From Clostridia bacterium (GTDB lineage: Bacteria > Bacillota > Clostridia > UBA1212): 64,000 nt of DNA. The translations under genes and the position numbers were made by a program. The notes beneath the pieces are model-generated. The model had not been told where the DNA came from. It searched no databases and saw only the letters and a program-made list of their open reading frames with translations. Positions 37,786 through 48,981 of the stretch are shown here, piece after piece; positions within the stretch are counted from its first letter, which is position 1, and each line of letters starts with the position of its first letter. The stretch lies in NCBI GenBank assembly GCA_045544575.1, contig JAZPZG010000081.1, forward strand, positions 578 to 64,577, written 5' to 3'.

Positions 37786-39204
37786 TTGGGCAACAACTTT
37801 TTGGAAGAAAAAAAGGATTTTATTAAAGAAATTCTTATTATAGCAATTGCGGCGGTTTTGTTCCTGTCGTTGGTGATGAACGTTTATAAAAAGGCGGACT
37901 CCGAGGCTCTTTCGGATCATTCGGCGTACGATAGCTATACGTTGCAGGCTCTTGCTTGGCGTGACGGCAGAATTTCTCTTGATAAAAATTATCCGTGGCT
38001 CGAGTTGGCTATTGTCAATGATAAATATTTTTCAACCCATGATAAAGATGATTATATGGCATATCGTGAGTTTTTCGGCGATGTAGGAGTTACGATTGAA
38101 CACCAAGAAGGAAATGAGTATTACGTGAGTTTTCCGCCGTTTCCGTCAGTCCCCATGTTTATTTTGAGCTTTATTTACGGCGAGGAAACGCCTAATAACA
38201 TGGTGTGTGTGCTTTATGCGGTCGGCGCCTTTGTTTTTGCGATTATGCTGTGCAGACGATTGGGGTATTCTTTTCTGGTTTCCGTTTGCGGTGCTTCGTT
38301 TATGAGCGTTGCTTCCTCTGCATTTTTCCTTTGTACCAATAAAATGGCAGGCGGTGTGTGGTTTCAGGCACAAACATTGTCGTTGTTACTGACGGTTGCA
38401 GCCTTCTTTTTTGTGTTAGGAAAACATGATGGGGAATTATACACGGCTTTTATTTTGTTGGCTCTGGCGGTGGGATGTCGTCCTTTTCAGCTGATATATT
38501 TTGTCTTCTTTGCTTACATAGCAGCGAAAAAATATGATTTTAAAATTTTAAAAACAATCAAATTTTATATTGCGCCTGCAGTAGTAGGTGTGTTGTATAT
38601 GATATACAATTACGTACGTTTCGGTAACGTTCTGGAATTTGGTCACAATTATTTACCTGAGTTTATGCGTATGCCTGCAGGTCAGTTCGGAACGGAATAC
38701 TTTAAGCCGAATTATGAAAATCTGATGAAAGAAATTCCAAAACTTTCTGTAGAGGGATTAAGCTTTAATCGCTTCGGTTTTGCATTTTGGGTTGCAAACG
38801 TGCTTTTTGTTTTAACTGCCGCAGCGTTGATTTTCTGTGCTTTTCATAATACAAAAAGCTTGTATCAAAAGAAAAAGTATTCAAGAAAGACTGTAAACGT
38901 TTTGAAAGATATTAAAGAAGGCTTTGTACCTGAAATTGTTATTTTGACGGTATTGATGATTTTCCACATAGTATTTCTGCTGTTGCATAAGACGTTGGGC
39001 GGTTGGCAGTTTGGATCAAGATATACAGTTGACCTGCTTCCTGCTGCATTGACGGCGGCAGGCTTTGCGCTCAAACCGATTTTTTCGGAGAAGAACTCTG
39101 AAGACTCTTATGAAAAAATAAAAGCACCCGCAGGTGCTTTGGCAATGGTATTATTGGTGAGCGGCAGTATTCTCAATATCTGCGGCGCATTGATGATGTT
39201 TTGA
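37786..39204 (+). CDS. Polytopic membrane protein, GT-C/ArnT-PMT-like glycosyltransferase candidate (paralogous architecture to the upstream gene)
   Basis: 474 aa with at least ten transmembrane helices and a periplasmic-type loop. TTG at 37786 is preferred because of AGGAGGG 7 nt upstream. Confidence 0.35.
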   Translation: MGNNFLEEKKDFIKEILIIAIAAVLFLSLVMNVYKKADSEALSDHSAYDSYTLQALAWRDGRISLDKNYPWLELAIVNDKYFSTHDKDDYMAYREFFGDVGVTIEHQEGNEYYVSFPPFPSVPMFILSFIYGEETPNNMVCVLYAVGAFVFAIMLCRRLGYSFLVSVCGASFMSVASSAFFLCTNKMAGGVWFQAQTLSLLLTVAAFFFVLGKHDGELYTAFILLALAVGCRPFQLIYFVFFAYIAAKKYDFKILKTIKFYIAPAVVGVLYMIYNYVRFGNVLEFGHNYLPEFMRMPAGQFGTEYFKPNYENLMKEIPKLSVEGLSFNRFGFAFWVANVLFVLTAAALIFCAFHNTKSLYQKKKYSRKTVNVLKDIKEGFVPEIVILTVLMIFHIVFLLLHKTLGGWQFGSRYTVDLLPAALTAAGFALKPIFSEKNSEDSYEKIKAPAGALAMVLLVSGSILNICGALMMF

Positions 39205-41026
39205 TGGTTGACATAATCGTAATTAAAAGAATTGCGAAGAAAGGGAGATTTGATATCGGGTGTGTGTCTTCTGCTATTACTGCAATAAACACCATGTCCT
39301 GAAGGGCTTGTTTTTCACCAAGGGACAGAACTCCGTACTCTGTGGTACGATTATAAAATGAAGCAGAATATTTTCCCGTGCAGGGATCAAACCATTGACA
39401 TTTATAATACGTATTCGGGCGAAGTTTAAGAAACTCGCCCGTTTCTTTTCCTGCATTATAAAAATAGGCTACGCAGAGCTCATCCGATATTCGAGCGGCT
39501 GAATAATAGTTTTTTACGGCATTATCGGGGGTAAATTGCCCGCAATCGTCAAAGGCAGGCACTAATCTATACCACTCAAAGCTCTCAAAAAAGCTTCTCA
39601 TATATCCGAGCTGCTTTGCGGCGGGAAGATCAAGGCTCTCAAGCCAGGAAATACTTTGGTCCTCTCGGGTAACAATATCGACTCCGCTGTCGATATTGCC
39701 TTGTATCGCTCCTGCCCAAATGCCTCTCTTGTCATTTGCACTCCAAATTCTTTGCGAGCCGTAGCCATAGCCGAACATCCCGTTCAAATAACCCATCCAG
39801 CCCTGAAGCCTTGCACCGTTGGTACCGGTCCAGAAGTGATCGTAAGCACTTTCGTAGAGAACTGCAGGCTTATTGCCGCCGTTATAATAGTAGTCTCGGT
39901 AAATGCTGAATTTGGTGCCGTTGGCCCAGCTGTAATTGATTTGTGCTCCCCACCAATTGTGAAAGGGCAAGCTCCCAAACGACGAAGTGGATGCTTTTAC
40001 GTTTGAGGAGTTTTCTTGATGTGCCGTAAGCGGATGCTTGTAGGGATCATACTTGTTTATATATTGTGCAACCTTTTTCCAGGGATTTGTTTCCGCGGTA
40101 AAATTGTTTTGTTGTGTTCCGTAATAATGGTCATCGTCACATTCTTGTGCGAGCGTCCACATTACGGGATATGCACTGTATCTTGCAACCCAGTATCTGC
40201 AAAGCTTTTCAAGATGCTCCGCCGGCATATATTGGAATGCTTCGCCCAGTTTGGTAGTATAGACAAGCTGAGCATTTGCGTGAACGAAGCCGTAGTCTGC
40301 AATCATTTCGAAGTACTTGTCGTAATATTGAAAATACATTATCATCTTTTTGCCAAACGGCTCCTGCAGAATTTTTTTGAAATAGCTGTTGTCACCGTCG
40401 TAGCGTCCCAGAGGTTGTGACTGAATAACCGTAAAGCCGCAGTCCTTACGCCTCATCAGCGTGTATTCAAAACGGGAAGCCTCGACCCCGTTATAATTTC
40501 CTTCAATCTCTGCTTCCTCTAAAGCCATGTGCCAATGCGTGTCTCCCAAATAAAAGAACGGCGTTCCGTCTGCATATGTAAAATAATTGTTTTCCGTACG
40601 GATAAAGCCTCTTTTGTAAATCTCGTGGTCTCCCGTGTATTCTGTACAAAGCACACTTCCTTTCGTGCCTCCTAAAGAATTTTCAGAATCGGAACATATT
40701 ATTTCATAGTTCCACGTTCCAAGCTCGGTAAGGGCGTAGCGTACCTTAAAAGTATTGTCACCGTCCCAAAAAGAAGGAACGGTGAGCGTTTGTCCGCTTT
40801 CCTCGTGTGTAAAAATACAGTCGATCTGTACGTTGTAAAAAGGTCTTTTGTATGATATGGGGCTTTCAAAGCTCAACTCATTTGCAGTCCAAATTTCCGC
40901 TGCGGGAATGGCACTGTTTTTTAAATCTAAATCGGTATTTGCAAGGGCAGAGAGTGTGCGAAGTGCCGATAAAGCAACTATTGCACAGCATAATAAAATG
41001 AGAGAAGATTTGATGTATGTTTTCAT
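39173..41026 (-). CDS. Secreted putative glycoside hydrolase (DUF5060/DUF4038-like two-domain architecture)
   Basis: Signal peptide MKTYIKSSLILLCCAIVALSALRTLSALA. N-terminal beta-sandwich-like region followed by an aromatic-rich TIM-like region (FFYLGDTHWHMA, MIMYFQYYDKYFEMIADYG). Its 3' end overlaps the convergent upstream gene by 32 nt. Confidence 0.4.
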   Translation of the reverse strand: MKTYIKSSLILLCCAIVALSALRTLSALANTDLDLKNSAIPAAEIWTANELSFESPISYKRPFYNVQIDCIFTHEESGQTLTVPSFWDGDNTFKVRYALTELGTWNYEIICSDSENSLGGTKGSVLCTEYTGDHEIYKRGFIRTENNYFTYADGTPFFYLGDTHWHMALEEAEIEGNYNGVEASRFEYTLMRRKDCGFTVIQSQPLGRYDGDNSYFKKILQEPFGKKMIMYFQYYDKYFEMIADYGFVHANAQLVYTTKLGEAFQYMPAEHLEKLCRYWVARYSAYPVMWTLAQECDDDHYYGTQQNNFTAETNPWKKVAQYINKYDPYKHPLTAHQENSSNVKASTSSFGSLPFHNWWGAQINYSWANGTKFSIYRDYYYNGGNKPAVLYESAYDHFWTGTNGARLQGWMGYLNGMFGYGYGSQRIWSANDKRGIWAGAIQGNIDSGVDIVTREDQSISWLESLDLPAAKQLGYMRSFFESFEWYRLVPAFDDCGQFTPDNAVKNYYSAARISDELCVAYFYNAGKETGEFLKLRPNTYYKCQWFDPCTGKYSASFYNRTTEYGVLSLGEKQALQDMVFIAVIAEDTHPISNLPFFAILLITIMSTIKTSSMRRRY

Positions 41027-41177
41027 TGGTATTCACCCGAATGTTTTGAAAGTAATTTGTCTACAGTCTATCATTGCAAATTGTTGATGTCAATCTTGTC
41101 ATAATAATAACCATGGTTGAATTATTGAAATTTATATGTTATATTATAAAAGTAAAATTTTATATGGCGGTGTTTTG

Positions 41178-41963
41178 ATGAAAAAAACTACGGTTATTCG
41201 TTCAATTATAATAATAGCTGCGATTGCTTTGGTTGCCGGGGCAATCATTTTCGCAGTAGTGAAAAAAGGCGGAGGTTCTTCCGGAGAGAGCAATCCTACT
41301 GATTTTGTTTTGCCTATTTCTACCCCTCCTGCGATTCCTCATTTGAGTGTTTCCGAGAATTCTCTTGCCTACGGTAATAAAATCGTCATAGGCTCATATG
41401 AACAAAACGGTAATACCGAGGACGGAAAAGAGCCTATTGAATGGACTGTTGCAAATGCGTTTAATTCAGGAGGAAAAAGAAAGGCTTTGTTAGTTTCTAA
41501 CGAGTGTCTTTTTGTAGCACCTTACAATGATGTGCGTGTGTCAACATCATGGGCGGACAGTACTCTTAGAGATTATCTTAACGAAGAATTTTTAAACGAA
41601 GCGTTTACTAAGGAAGAAAAAGAGTATCTTTTTAAGGCGAATATATCTAATCTTCCTGTGACGTCGTATGGCGACGTTGATGCAGGCAAGATGACAGAAG
41701 ATTTTGTTTTCATTCCCGATTATTCAAATTATCTGGAATTTGGTAATTTTGTATCAGGAAAAGCATCATATACCGAGGCAGCAAAAGCGGAGGCTGAAAA
41801 ACATGAGAACATAGTTGAAAACTCATGGTGGGTAAGAAACCCCGGTGTTGCAGCTGACCGTGCCGTTGTGATGGTAAACGATGCGGAAATGGTTCTTGAG
41901 TCAGGTGAATACGTGGACTTGGTTTGCGGTGTACGTGTTGCCGTTTGGGTAATTGTTGGTTAA
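41178..41963 (+). CDS. Membrane-anchored hypothetical protein (DUF6273-like, IEW motif)
   Basis: Start at MKKTTVIRS. N-terminal transmembrane helix, a GGGSSGES linker, and a KEPIEWTV motif of the kind seen in clostridial DUF6273 proteins. Confidence 0.35.
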   Translation: MKKTTVIRSIIIIAAIALVAGAIIFAVVKKGGGSSGESNPTDFVLPISTPPAIPHLSVSENSLAYGNKIVIGSYEQNGNTEDGKEPIEWTVANAFNSGGKRKALLVSNECLFVAPYNDVRVSTSWADSTLRDYLNEEFLNEAFTKEEKEYLFKANISNLPVTSYGDVDAGKMTEDFVFIPDYSNYLEFGNFVSGKASYTEAAKAEAEKHENIVENSWWVRNPGVAADRAVVMVNDAEMVLESGEYVDLVCGVRVAVWVIVG

Positions 41964-41984
41964 TTTTTTTAATATTACTGTTTT

Positions 41985-42110
41985 AGGAGAGGTGAAATTC
42001 CTCATCGGCGGTGAAGGGCGCAGTTGACGTCATAAGTCCGAGGGCCGTATAAGGGGCAGACAGGGTGAGATTCCCTGACCGACGGTACAGTCCGGAGAAA
42101 GGAACGGAGG
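41985..42110 (+). promoter_or_regulatory. FMN riboswitch (RFN element)
   Basis: GGTGAAATTCC...CGGCGGT in the 5' half. In the 3' half, GGGGCAG.GGGTGAGATTCCC..ACCGACGGTACAGTCCGGAGAAAGGA closely matches the conserved RFN 3' core (CCGACAGTATAGTCTGGATGGGAGAAGGA). The downstream gene is an ECF S-component. The RBS GGAACGGAGG lies inside the 3' end of the element. Confidence 0.7.
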
Positions 42111-42119
42111 TATTACGTT

Positions 42120-42803
42120 TTGAGTACAAAAAATAATGATTCGGCTACTAAAAAATTAGTGGTAAGTGCGATGTTTTGTGCGATAGCATACATTGCGGTA
42201 TTTGTTTTCAGATTTAAGGTCAGTTTTTTAACCTTTGACTTCAAGGATGCGTTTATTGCCATATTGTCGTTGCTTTACGGTCCTTTTTACGGTGTGATAT
42301 GCTCCGGTGTTGTGGCAGTGCTTGAAACTTTTACGGTAAGTGATACGGGATATTACGGTTTGATTATGAATTTCCTATCAAGCGGAAGCTTTGCTCTTGC
42401 AACCGGCCTGGTATATAAGTACAGGAGAACGTTTTTCGGTGCAGTTCTTGCTGCTGTTACCGGAGTGTTCGCAATGCTTTCAGTAATGCTTCTTGCAAAT
42501 CTTTTTATTACCCCGTATTTTATGGGACAGGAGAGATCTGCCGTAGTTGCTATTATTCCTACGCTTTTGTTGCCGTTTAATCTATGCAAAGGCATTATGA
42601 ATGCGGCGATTATGCTGCTTTTATATAAGCCGATAGTTAACTTGCTTCGCAAGACGAAATTGGTAAGAGTAGGCGAGCATAATTATAAGATTGGGCTGAA
42701 ATCCGTGCTGTTGGTGCTGTTTTCGGTACTGTTTATCATTCTTGCTGCAGTTGTTATCATTGTTTTTTTAGACGGCAATTTAGATTTCTTCGGCTTGCTT
42801 TAA
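42120..42803 (+). CDS. ribU: ECF transporter S component, riboflavin-type (RibU-like)
   Basis: Small six-TM protein lying behind the FMN riboswitch. TTG start 9 nt after the RBS. Confidence 0.55.
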   Translation: MSTKNNDSATKKLVVSAMFCAIAYIAVFVFRFKVSFLTFDFKDAFIAILSLLYGPFYGVICSGVVAVLETFTVSDTGYYGLIMNFLSSGSFALATGLVYKYRRTFFGAVLAAVTGVFAMLSVMLLANLFITPYFMGQERSAVVAIIPTLLLPFNLCKGIMNAAIMLLLYKPIVNLLRKTKLVRVGEHNYKIGLKSVLLVLFSVLFIILAAVVIIVFLDGNLDFFGLL

Positions 42804-42864
42804 TGAGTGACGGCAAGATATCATTATACGGAACAATTCTGTAAGGGAGTATGCTTTTCAAAAT

Positions 42865-44112
42865 ATGAAAAAAGAATACACTGAAGATGAATATAAATCG
42901 ATTATAGATATATCAGATGCACCTGAAAGTACTGCCGCGTCGCAGGAAAAGCACGCTGTTTCAAGACAGGAGTACGAGCGCAGAAAGAAAATACAGGCGG
43001 AAAATAAAGAAGAGGGAAGGAGAGCCTTGCATATTGTGCTCTATTCTTGCGCGTTGTTTTTTTTGCTGTGTCTTATTATTTCCGGCGTGTCAGTTGCGCT
43101 TAAGAATAACTCAGCGAAAAATGATGAGAAAGAAAAAAATGAGACTGTCATTACGATTGCGGGTGAAGAAATCGGTGCGGATTTATTTACGTTGTTTTGT
43201 GCAAACGTCATAGAAGGCTCGGAATTTGAATATTTGATGAAGACGTCAATGAATGATAGTGCCCTTTGTGCGTCAGTAAAGGAAAAAGCAGTCAGGTATG
43301 CAGAGGATTACGTTTGCTTCTATAAGGAGGCACAGGCTTTAGGTATTAAGCTTTCCAACGAGGAGCTTGAACTCCTACGAAAGGCTTGTAAAGAACAGAT
43401 AAAGCCTGAAGGCACTGACCCTGATGAATATTACCGTACAAATTACGGCATATCATTTGATGGCTACGTTAAGATGCGTGCAAATTGGGTTCTTGCCGAT
43501 AAATATACTACGATGCTTAGAAATTCTTGTGACACAAGCGAAGCCGAGTTAAAAAGGGTGTATGAGGCGAACTACAGCAGGTTTGCAAAAGCCGATGTGA
43601 CAATGGTGTATTTTGATACGTCTTCAACGGATAGCGGTGCAAACGGTTTCGTAAAAAGCACTGCCGAAAAGATTTTCAATGATTTACGTATAGAAAATAC
43701 AGGCTATTATACTGCCGACAATGAGCTTCTTCTTACAGCCGTAAAGGAACAGAGCAGCAAAAATGAGTTTTTTGACATCGGTGCTTCTGCAGACGGAAAG
43801 GCAACTGTCACCGGAAACAACATACAAAAGTATCCGAATCTGTATGAGGCTGTTATTTCCATGAAAATCGGAGAGGTAAGACTTGTTCACGACAAGACGG
43901 CAACCTTTATTGTGAGATGTGATGCACAGTACCTTTTTGACAGCGTAAAGGACAGTGAGGAGCTTAAGCTTTTGACAGAAGAATTGTATGTCAAGGAACA
44001 GTATCATGCGGTAAGATATTCAGGCAGGTACGATGCGGAAATAAACAGTGAATACCGTGCGCTTGATATTTCAGAGTATGTGTCGGAAGGAAAGAAGCAT
44101 TATGGACGTTAA
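42865..44112 (+). CDS. Membrane-anchored SurA-N/PrsA-like protein (paralogous architecture to the 17801 gene)
   Basis: Charged cytoplasmic N-terminus, one transmembrane helix, then [17 protein letters not shown], which matches the SurA_N motif. No PPIase domain found. Its 3' end overlaps the queA start by 11 nt. Confidence 0.4.
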   Translation: MKKEYTEDEYKSIIDISDAPESTAASQEKHAVSRQEYERRKKIQAENKEEGRRALHIVLYSCALFFLLCLIISGVSVALKNNSAKNDEKEKNETVITIAGEEIGADLFTLFCANVIEGSEFEYLMKTSMNDSALCASVKEKAVRYAEDYVCFYKEAQALGIKLSNEELELLRKACKEQIKPEGTDPDEYYRTNYGISFDGYVKMRANWVLADKYTTMLRNSCDTSEAELKRVYEANYSRFAKADVTMVYFDTSSTDSGANGFVKSTAEKIFNDLRIENTGYYTADNELLLTAVKEQSSKNEFFDIGASADGKATVTGNNIQKYPNLYEAVISMKIGEVRLVHDKTATFIVRCDAQYLFDSVKDSEELKLLTEELYVKEQYHAVRYSGRYDAEINSEYRALDISEYVSEGKKHYGR

Positions 44113-45148
44113 AGATTTTTATTATGATTTACCTGAGGAGCTTATTGCCCAGACACCTCTTGCCGACAGGGCATCTTCCAGGCTTCTTTGCCTTGACAGA
44201 ATAAGCGGTGACACCAAACATATGTCTTTTAGGGATATAAAGTCGATGCTTAAACCCGGCGATTGCCTTGTTATGAACGACACCAGGGTAATTCCCGCGA
44301 GAATATACGGCGTAAAAAAGGATACAGGGGCTGCGATTGAATTTGTACTTTTAAAAAGACTTAATAAAGATGAATCAGGCTTTCAAGGAAACGTTTGGGA
44401 AGTTATATTAAGACCCGGACGTCGTGCACGGGAGGGAGCTGAATTTATATTCGGGGACGGTTTGCTGTCTGCCAAAATTTTAGAGGTGCTTGAAAACGGG
44501 AACAGAATCGTTTCCTTTGAGTGTGACGGGATTTTCGAAGAGGTTCTTGATAAAATAGGTCTTATGCCGTTGCCTCCTTATATTAAAGAGACACTTGACG
44601 ACCCTGAGAGATATCAGACCGTTTATGCAAGGGAGAGAGGCTCTGCTGCTGCACCTACTGCAGGTTTGCATTTTACGCAGGAGCTTATAGGTGAAATAAA
44701 AGAAATGGGCGTAGATATCGCATTTGTGACACTTCACGTAGGCTTGGGAACGTTCAGACCTGTTAAGGCCGATAAGGTTGAAGATCACTACATGCACGAG
44801 GAGAGCTATGAGCTTACACAAGAAGCCTGTGATAAAATTAACGCCGCAAAACGCAGAGGCGGAAGAGTCATTGCTGTCGGAACGACATCTTGCAGAGTGT
44901 TGGAATCTGCGGCAAAGGATGACGGAAGCATCAACCCCGTAAAAGACTCTACGAGGATTTTTATTTATCCGGGCTATCGATTTAAGATACTTGATGGATT
45001 AATTACCAATTTTCATCTTCCCGAGTCTACCTTGGTGATGCTGGTAAGTGCTTTTGCAGGACGGGAAAACGTGCTCGCAGCCTATGAGGAGGCCATTAAA
45101 GAGCGTTACCGCTTTTTCTCTTTCGGAGATGCGATGTTTATAGGGTAA
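44102..45148 (+). CDS. queA: S-adenosylmethionine:tRNA ribosyltransferase-isomerase
   Basis: [18 protein letters not shown]-terminus and QueA motifs ([16 protein letters not shown]). Confidence 0.9.
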   Translation: MDVKDFYYDLPEELIAQTPLADRASSRLLCLDRISGDTKHMSFRDIKSMLKPGDCLVMNDTRVIPARIYGVKKDTGAAIEFVLLKRLNKDESGFQGNVWEVILRPGRRAREGAEFIFGDGLLSAKILEVLENGNRIVSFECDGIFEEVLDKIGLMPLPPYIKETLDDPERYQTVYARERGSAAAPTAGLHFTQELIGEIKEMGVDIAFVTLHVGLGTFRPVKADKVEDHYMHEESYELTQEACDKINAAKRRGGRVIAVGTTSCRVLESAAKDDGSINPVKDSTRIFIYPGYRFKILDGLITNFHLPESTLVMLVSAFAGRENVLAAYEEAIKERYRFFSFGDAMFIG

Positions 45149-46315
<1,167 letters not shown>

Positions 46316-46373
46316 TAGAAAATTTAAAAGGCTATGGCCGGATGCCCAGTTCCGGAGAAAGGTAGAGATTGTT

Positions 46374-46811
46374 ATGAAATTAAAGTCAAAATTGTTTGCT
46401 TTGGCAGGAAGCATAGGTATTTTTGCTCAGTCTGCTGTTTTTGCACTCGCTGCAGAGGAAACTACAGGTGGTGCTACGGCTACGACAGCTCCCGAAGGAA
46501 CTCCGAGCGGCGGCATCGGCCAGTGGATTCCGATTATTATATACCTCTTGGTAATTGTTGCAATGTTCTATTTCCTCATTATCAGACCTAATAAAAAGCG
46601 TAAAAAAGAAGAGGAAAATCTGAGAAACAGTCTTGTTCTCGGTGTTGATGTCGTTACCATAGGCGGTATTTGCGGCAAAATCGTAAGCATAAAGGATGAC
46701 GTTATTACTATCCAGACATCTATTGATAATACTCTCATCGAGTTTAAGAATTGGGCTATCCGTGAGATTAAGAGTCCTGTTTCCGATGATGAGGGTGCTG
46801 CAGAAAAGTAA
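46374..46811 (+). CDS. yajC: Preprotein translocase subunit YajC (with N-terminal signal-like extension)
   Basis: Conserved queA-tgt-yajC order. YajC core IIYLLVIVAMFYFLIIRPNKKRKKE. An unusual N-terminal hydrophobic extension MKLKSKLFALAGSIGIFAQSAVFALA. Confidence 0.7.
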   Translation: MKLKSKLFALAGSIGIFAQSAVFALAAEETTGGATATTAPEGTPSGGIGQWIPIIIYLLVIVAMFYFLIIRPNKKRKKEEENLRNSLVLGVDVVTIGGICGKIVSIKDDVITIQTSIDNTLIEFKNWAIREIKSPVSDDEGAAEK

Positions 46812-46873
46812 TAATGTATAAAGAGGCTATGTGAAACATAGCCTTCGTGTAAAATTGTAAGTGATAAAATTGA

Positions 46874-46915
46874 GCCCGCCTTTAAGCTCTGCTTTTAGGC
46901 GGGCGCGTTTTATTT
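46874..46915. terminator. Bidirectional rho-independent terminator between yajC and the convergent ygiQ gene
   Basis: GCCCGCC...GGCGGGC stem flanked by T-runs on both strands. An additional hairpin AGGCTATG...CATAGCCT lies at 46824-46844. Confidence 0.55.
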
Positions 46916-46924
46916 ATTAAATCA

Positions 46925-48904
46925 TTAACGCTTCTTTTGGTTTCTTTTTTGCTTTGAAGCAGCATATTTTTTAGGCGGAGCAGTGCGCTTTTGTTTTGTT
47001 TTTTCCTTCAATTCATTATCACGAGAGTTAGGTCTGCTCGGATTTTTTGACAACGAGGTTTTTGGTTTTGAAACCTTAGTCGTAAGCGGCCTTATAAGAC
47101 ATTTTTTATCATAGCCTATAAGGTCCTCTCTGCCCGTCGCTGTCAAGGCTTCCTTAACAAGCTCGTAATTTTGAGGGAGCTTATATTGCATGAGCGCACG
47201 TTGCATTGCTTTTACGTGAGGATTTTTTGCGGTGTACACTTTTTTCATTGTGCGAGGGTCATATCCCGTGTAATACATACACGTAGAGGCTGTAGAAGGA
47301 GTAGGATAGAAGTCCTGAACTCTTTCAGGCATATGCCCGGTTGAGTGTAAGTATTCGGCCAGCTTTACTGCTTCGGTTAGCGTACAGCCGGGGTGGGATG
47401 ACATAAGATAGGGGACAACAAACTGATTTTGTCCAAGCTCGTCATTGACCTTTTCGAATTGCTTTACAAAGTCTTTGTACACCTTGCTTTTTGGTTTCCC
47501 CATATAATCTAATACGACGTCTGAAATGTGTTCGGGGGCAACACGCATTTGTCCGCTGATGTGGTGCTCTGCAAGCTCTTTTAAAATAGAGTCGCGCTTG
47601 GGGTCTGCCATTAAATAGTCAAAGCGTATACCCGACCGTATAAATACTTTTTTTACGTGGGGGAGGGCACGCAGCTTTCTTAAGAGCTTCATATAATCGC
47701 TGTGGTCAACCGTCATATTTTTGCAGGGTGTAGGAAAAAGGCATTGTCTGTTTTTGCATACACCGTGAGTAAGCTGCTTCTTGCAGGAAGGCTGACTGAA
47801 GTTGGCGGTAGGACCTCCTACGTCGTGTATATAGCCTTTAAAGTCGGGTTCGCTTGCAAAAAGATTGGCTTCTCTTATCAAGGATTCATGACTTCGCGTC
47901 TGTAATATGCGCCCCTGATGAAAAGCAATTGAGCAGAAACTGCAGCTGCCAAAGCAACCTCTGTTTGCTGTAAGTCCGAATTTAACCTCGGGCACTGCGG
48001 CAACACCACCCAGCGCATCGTATGAAGGGTGAGCCGCTCTCATGTACGGAAGCTCACAGACTTCGTCAAATTCTTCCGTTGTTAAGGGTGGTTGCGGCGG
48101 ATTTTGTACAATATAAGTATTTGAATCGTACTTTTCTATTAATATTTTTGCGGTAAAGGGGTCTGTGTTTTCCGACTGTATTCCGAAACTTTTTGCATAA
48201 AGAACCTTTTTTTCGAGCATTTCCTCGTAAGAGGGAAGCTCAATATATTCTTCGTGGATGTTTTCTAAACCCTTGGTTTTGTATACAGAGCCTTTGATGT
48301 AAGTAATATCCTTGGCATCAAGTCCTCCGCTTAGAGCATCTGCTATTTCAACGATACTGCGCTCTCCCATTCCGTAGAGAAGTATGTCGGCTTGTGAGTC
48401 AAGCAGTACGGAACGCTTAAAGGAGTCAGACCAATAATCATAATGGGCCATTCTTCTGAGGCTTGCTTCCACGCCGCCGATAATTATGGGAATATTTTTG
48501 TAGGTTTGTCTGATAAGGTTTGAATATACAATTGTAGCATAGTCAGGACGCTTTCCGATAACACCGCCCGGTGTATAAGCATCTTCGTTTCTTCTTTTTT
48601 TTGCGACAGAATAATGGTTAACCATTGAGTCCATGTTTCCTGCCGATACTAAAAAACCTAATCGAGGCTTTCCGAAAATATCTATACTGTCTTTTTTCTT
48701 CCAATCGGGCTGTGAAATGATACCGACCCTGTATCCTTGCGATTCAAGCACCCTGCTGATAATCGCAGGTCCGAATGAGGAGTGATCAACGTACGCATCT
48801 CCGATAACATATGCAAAATCTACGTAATCCCAGCCTCTTTTTTGCATATCCTCTTTGCTTATGGGAAGAAAATCCTTTTTATTGTCTGTCATAGTCTGTT
48901 GCAA
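46925..48904 (-). CDS. YgiQ family (UPF0313) radical SAM protein
   Basis: N-terminal B12-like domain DYVDFAYVIGDAYVDHSSFG and radical SAM motif RGCFGSCSFC. Basic Lys/Arg-rich C-terminal tail. Confidence 0.85.
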   Translation of the reverse strand: MQQTMTDNKKDFLPISKEDMQKRGWDYVDFAYVIGDAYVDHSSFGPAIISRVLESQGYRVGIISQPDWKKKDSIDIFGKPRLGFLVSAGNMDSMVNHYSVAKKRRNEDAYTPGGVIGKRPDYATIVYSNLIRQTYKNIPIIIGGVEASLRRMAHYDYWSDSFKRSVLLDSQADILLYGMGERSIVEIADALSGGLDAKDITYIKGSVYKTKGLENIHEEYIELPSYEEMLEKKVLYAKSFGIQSENTDPFTAKILIEKYDSNTYIVQNPPQPPLTTEEFDEVCELPYMRAAHPSYDALGGVAAVPEVKFGLTANRGCFGSCSFCSIAFHQGRILQTRSHESLIREANLFASEPDFKGYIHDVGGPTANFSQPSCKKQLTHGVCKNRQCLFPTPCKNMTVDHSDYMKLLRKLRALPHVKKVFIRSGIRFDYLMADPKRDSILKELAEHHISGQMRVAPEHISDVVLDYMGKPKSKVYKDFVKQFEKVNDELGQNQFVVPYLMSSHPGCTLTEAVKLAEYLHSTGHMPERVQDFYPTPSTASTCMYYTGYDPRTMKKVYTAKNPHVKAMQRALMQYKLPQNYELVKEALTATGREDLIGYDKKCLIRPLTTKVSKPKTSLSKNPSRPNSRDNELKEKTKQKRTAPPKKYAASKQKRNQKKR

Positions 48905-48938
48905 CTCCTTTTACGTGCCGTCTATAGCATAAAAGGCT

Positions 48939-48981
48939 GTTGCATATCGATGCAACATCCTTTTGAAGCATATCGATGCTT
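48939..48981. repeat. Two copies of the 12-bp palindrome GCATATCGATGC spaced 16 nt apart
   Basis: GTTGCATATCGATGCAAC at 48939-48956 and AAGCATATCGATGCTT at 48966-48981. The second overlaps the rnj stop codon. Confidence 0.6.

Noticed and set aside
41985-42110. Alternative reading of the leader as a cobalamin riboswitch because of GGTGAAATTCC
   Set aside because: The B12-box and GCCACTG elements are absent. The 3' core CCGACGGTACAGTCCGGAGAAAGGA matches the FMN (RFN) element, and the downstream gene is a RibU-like S-component.
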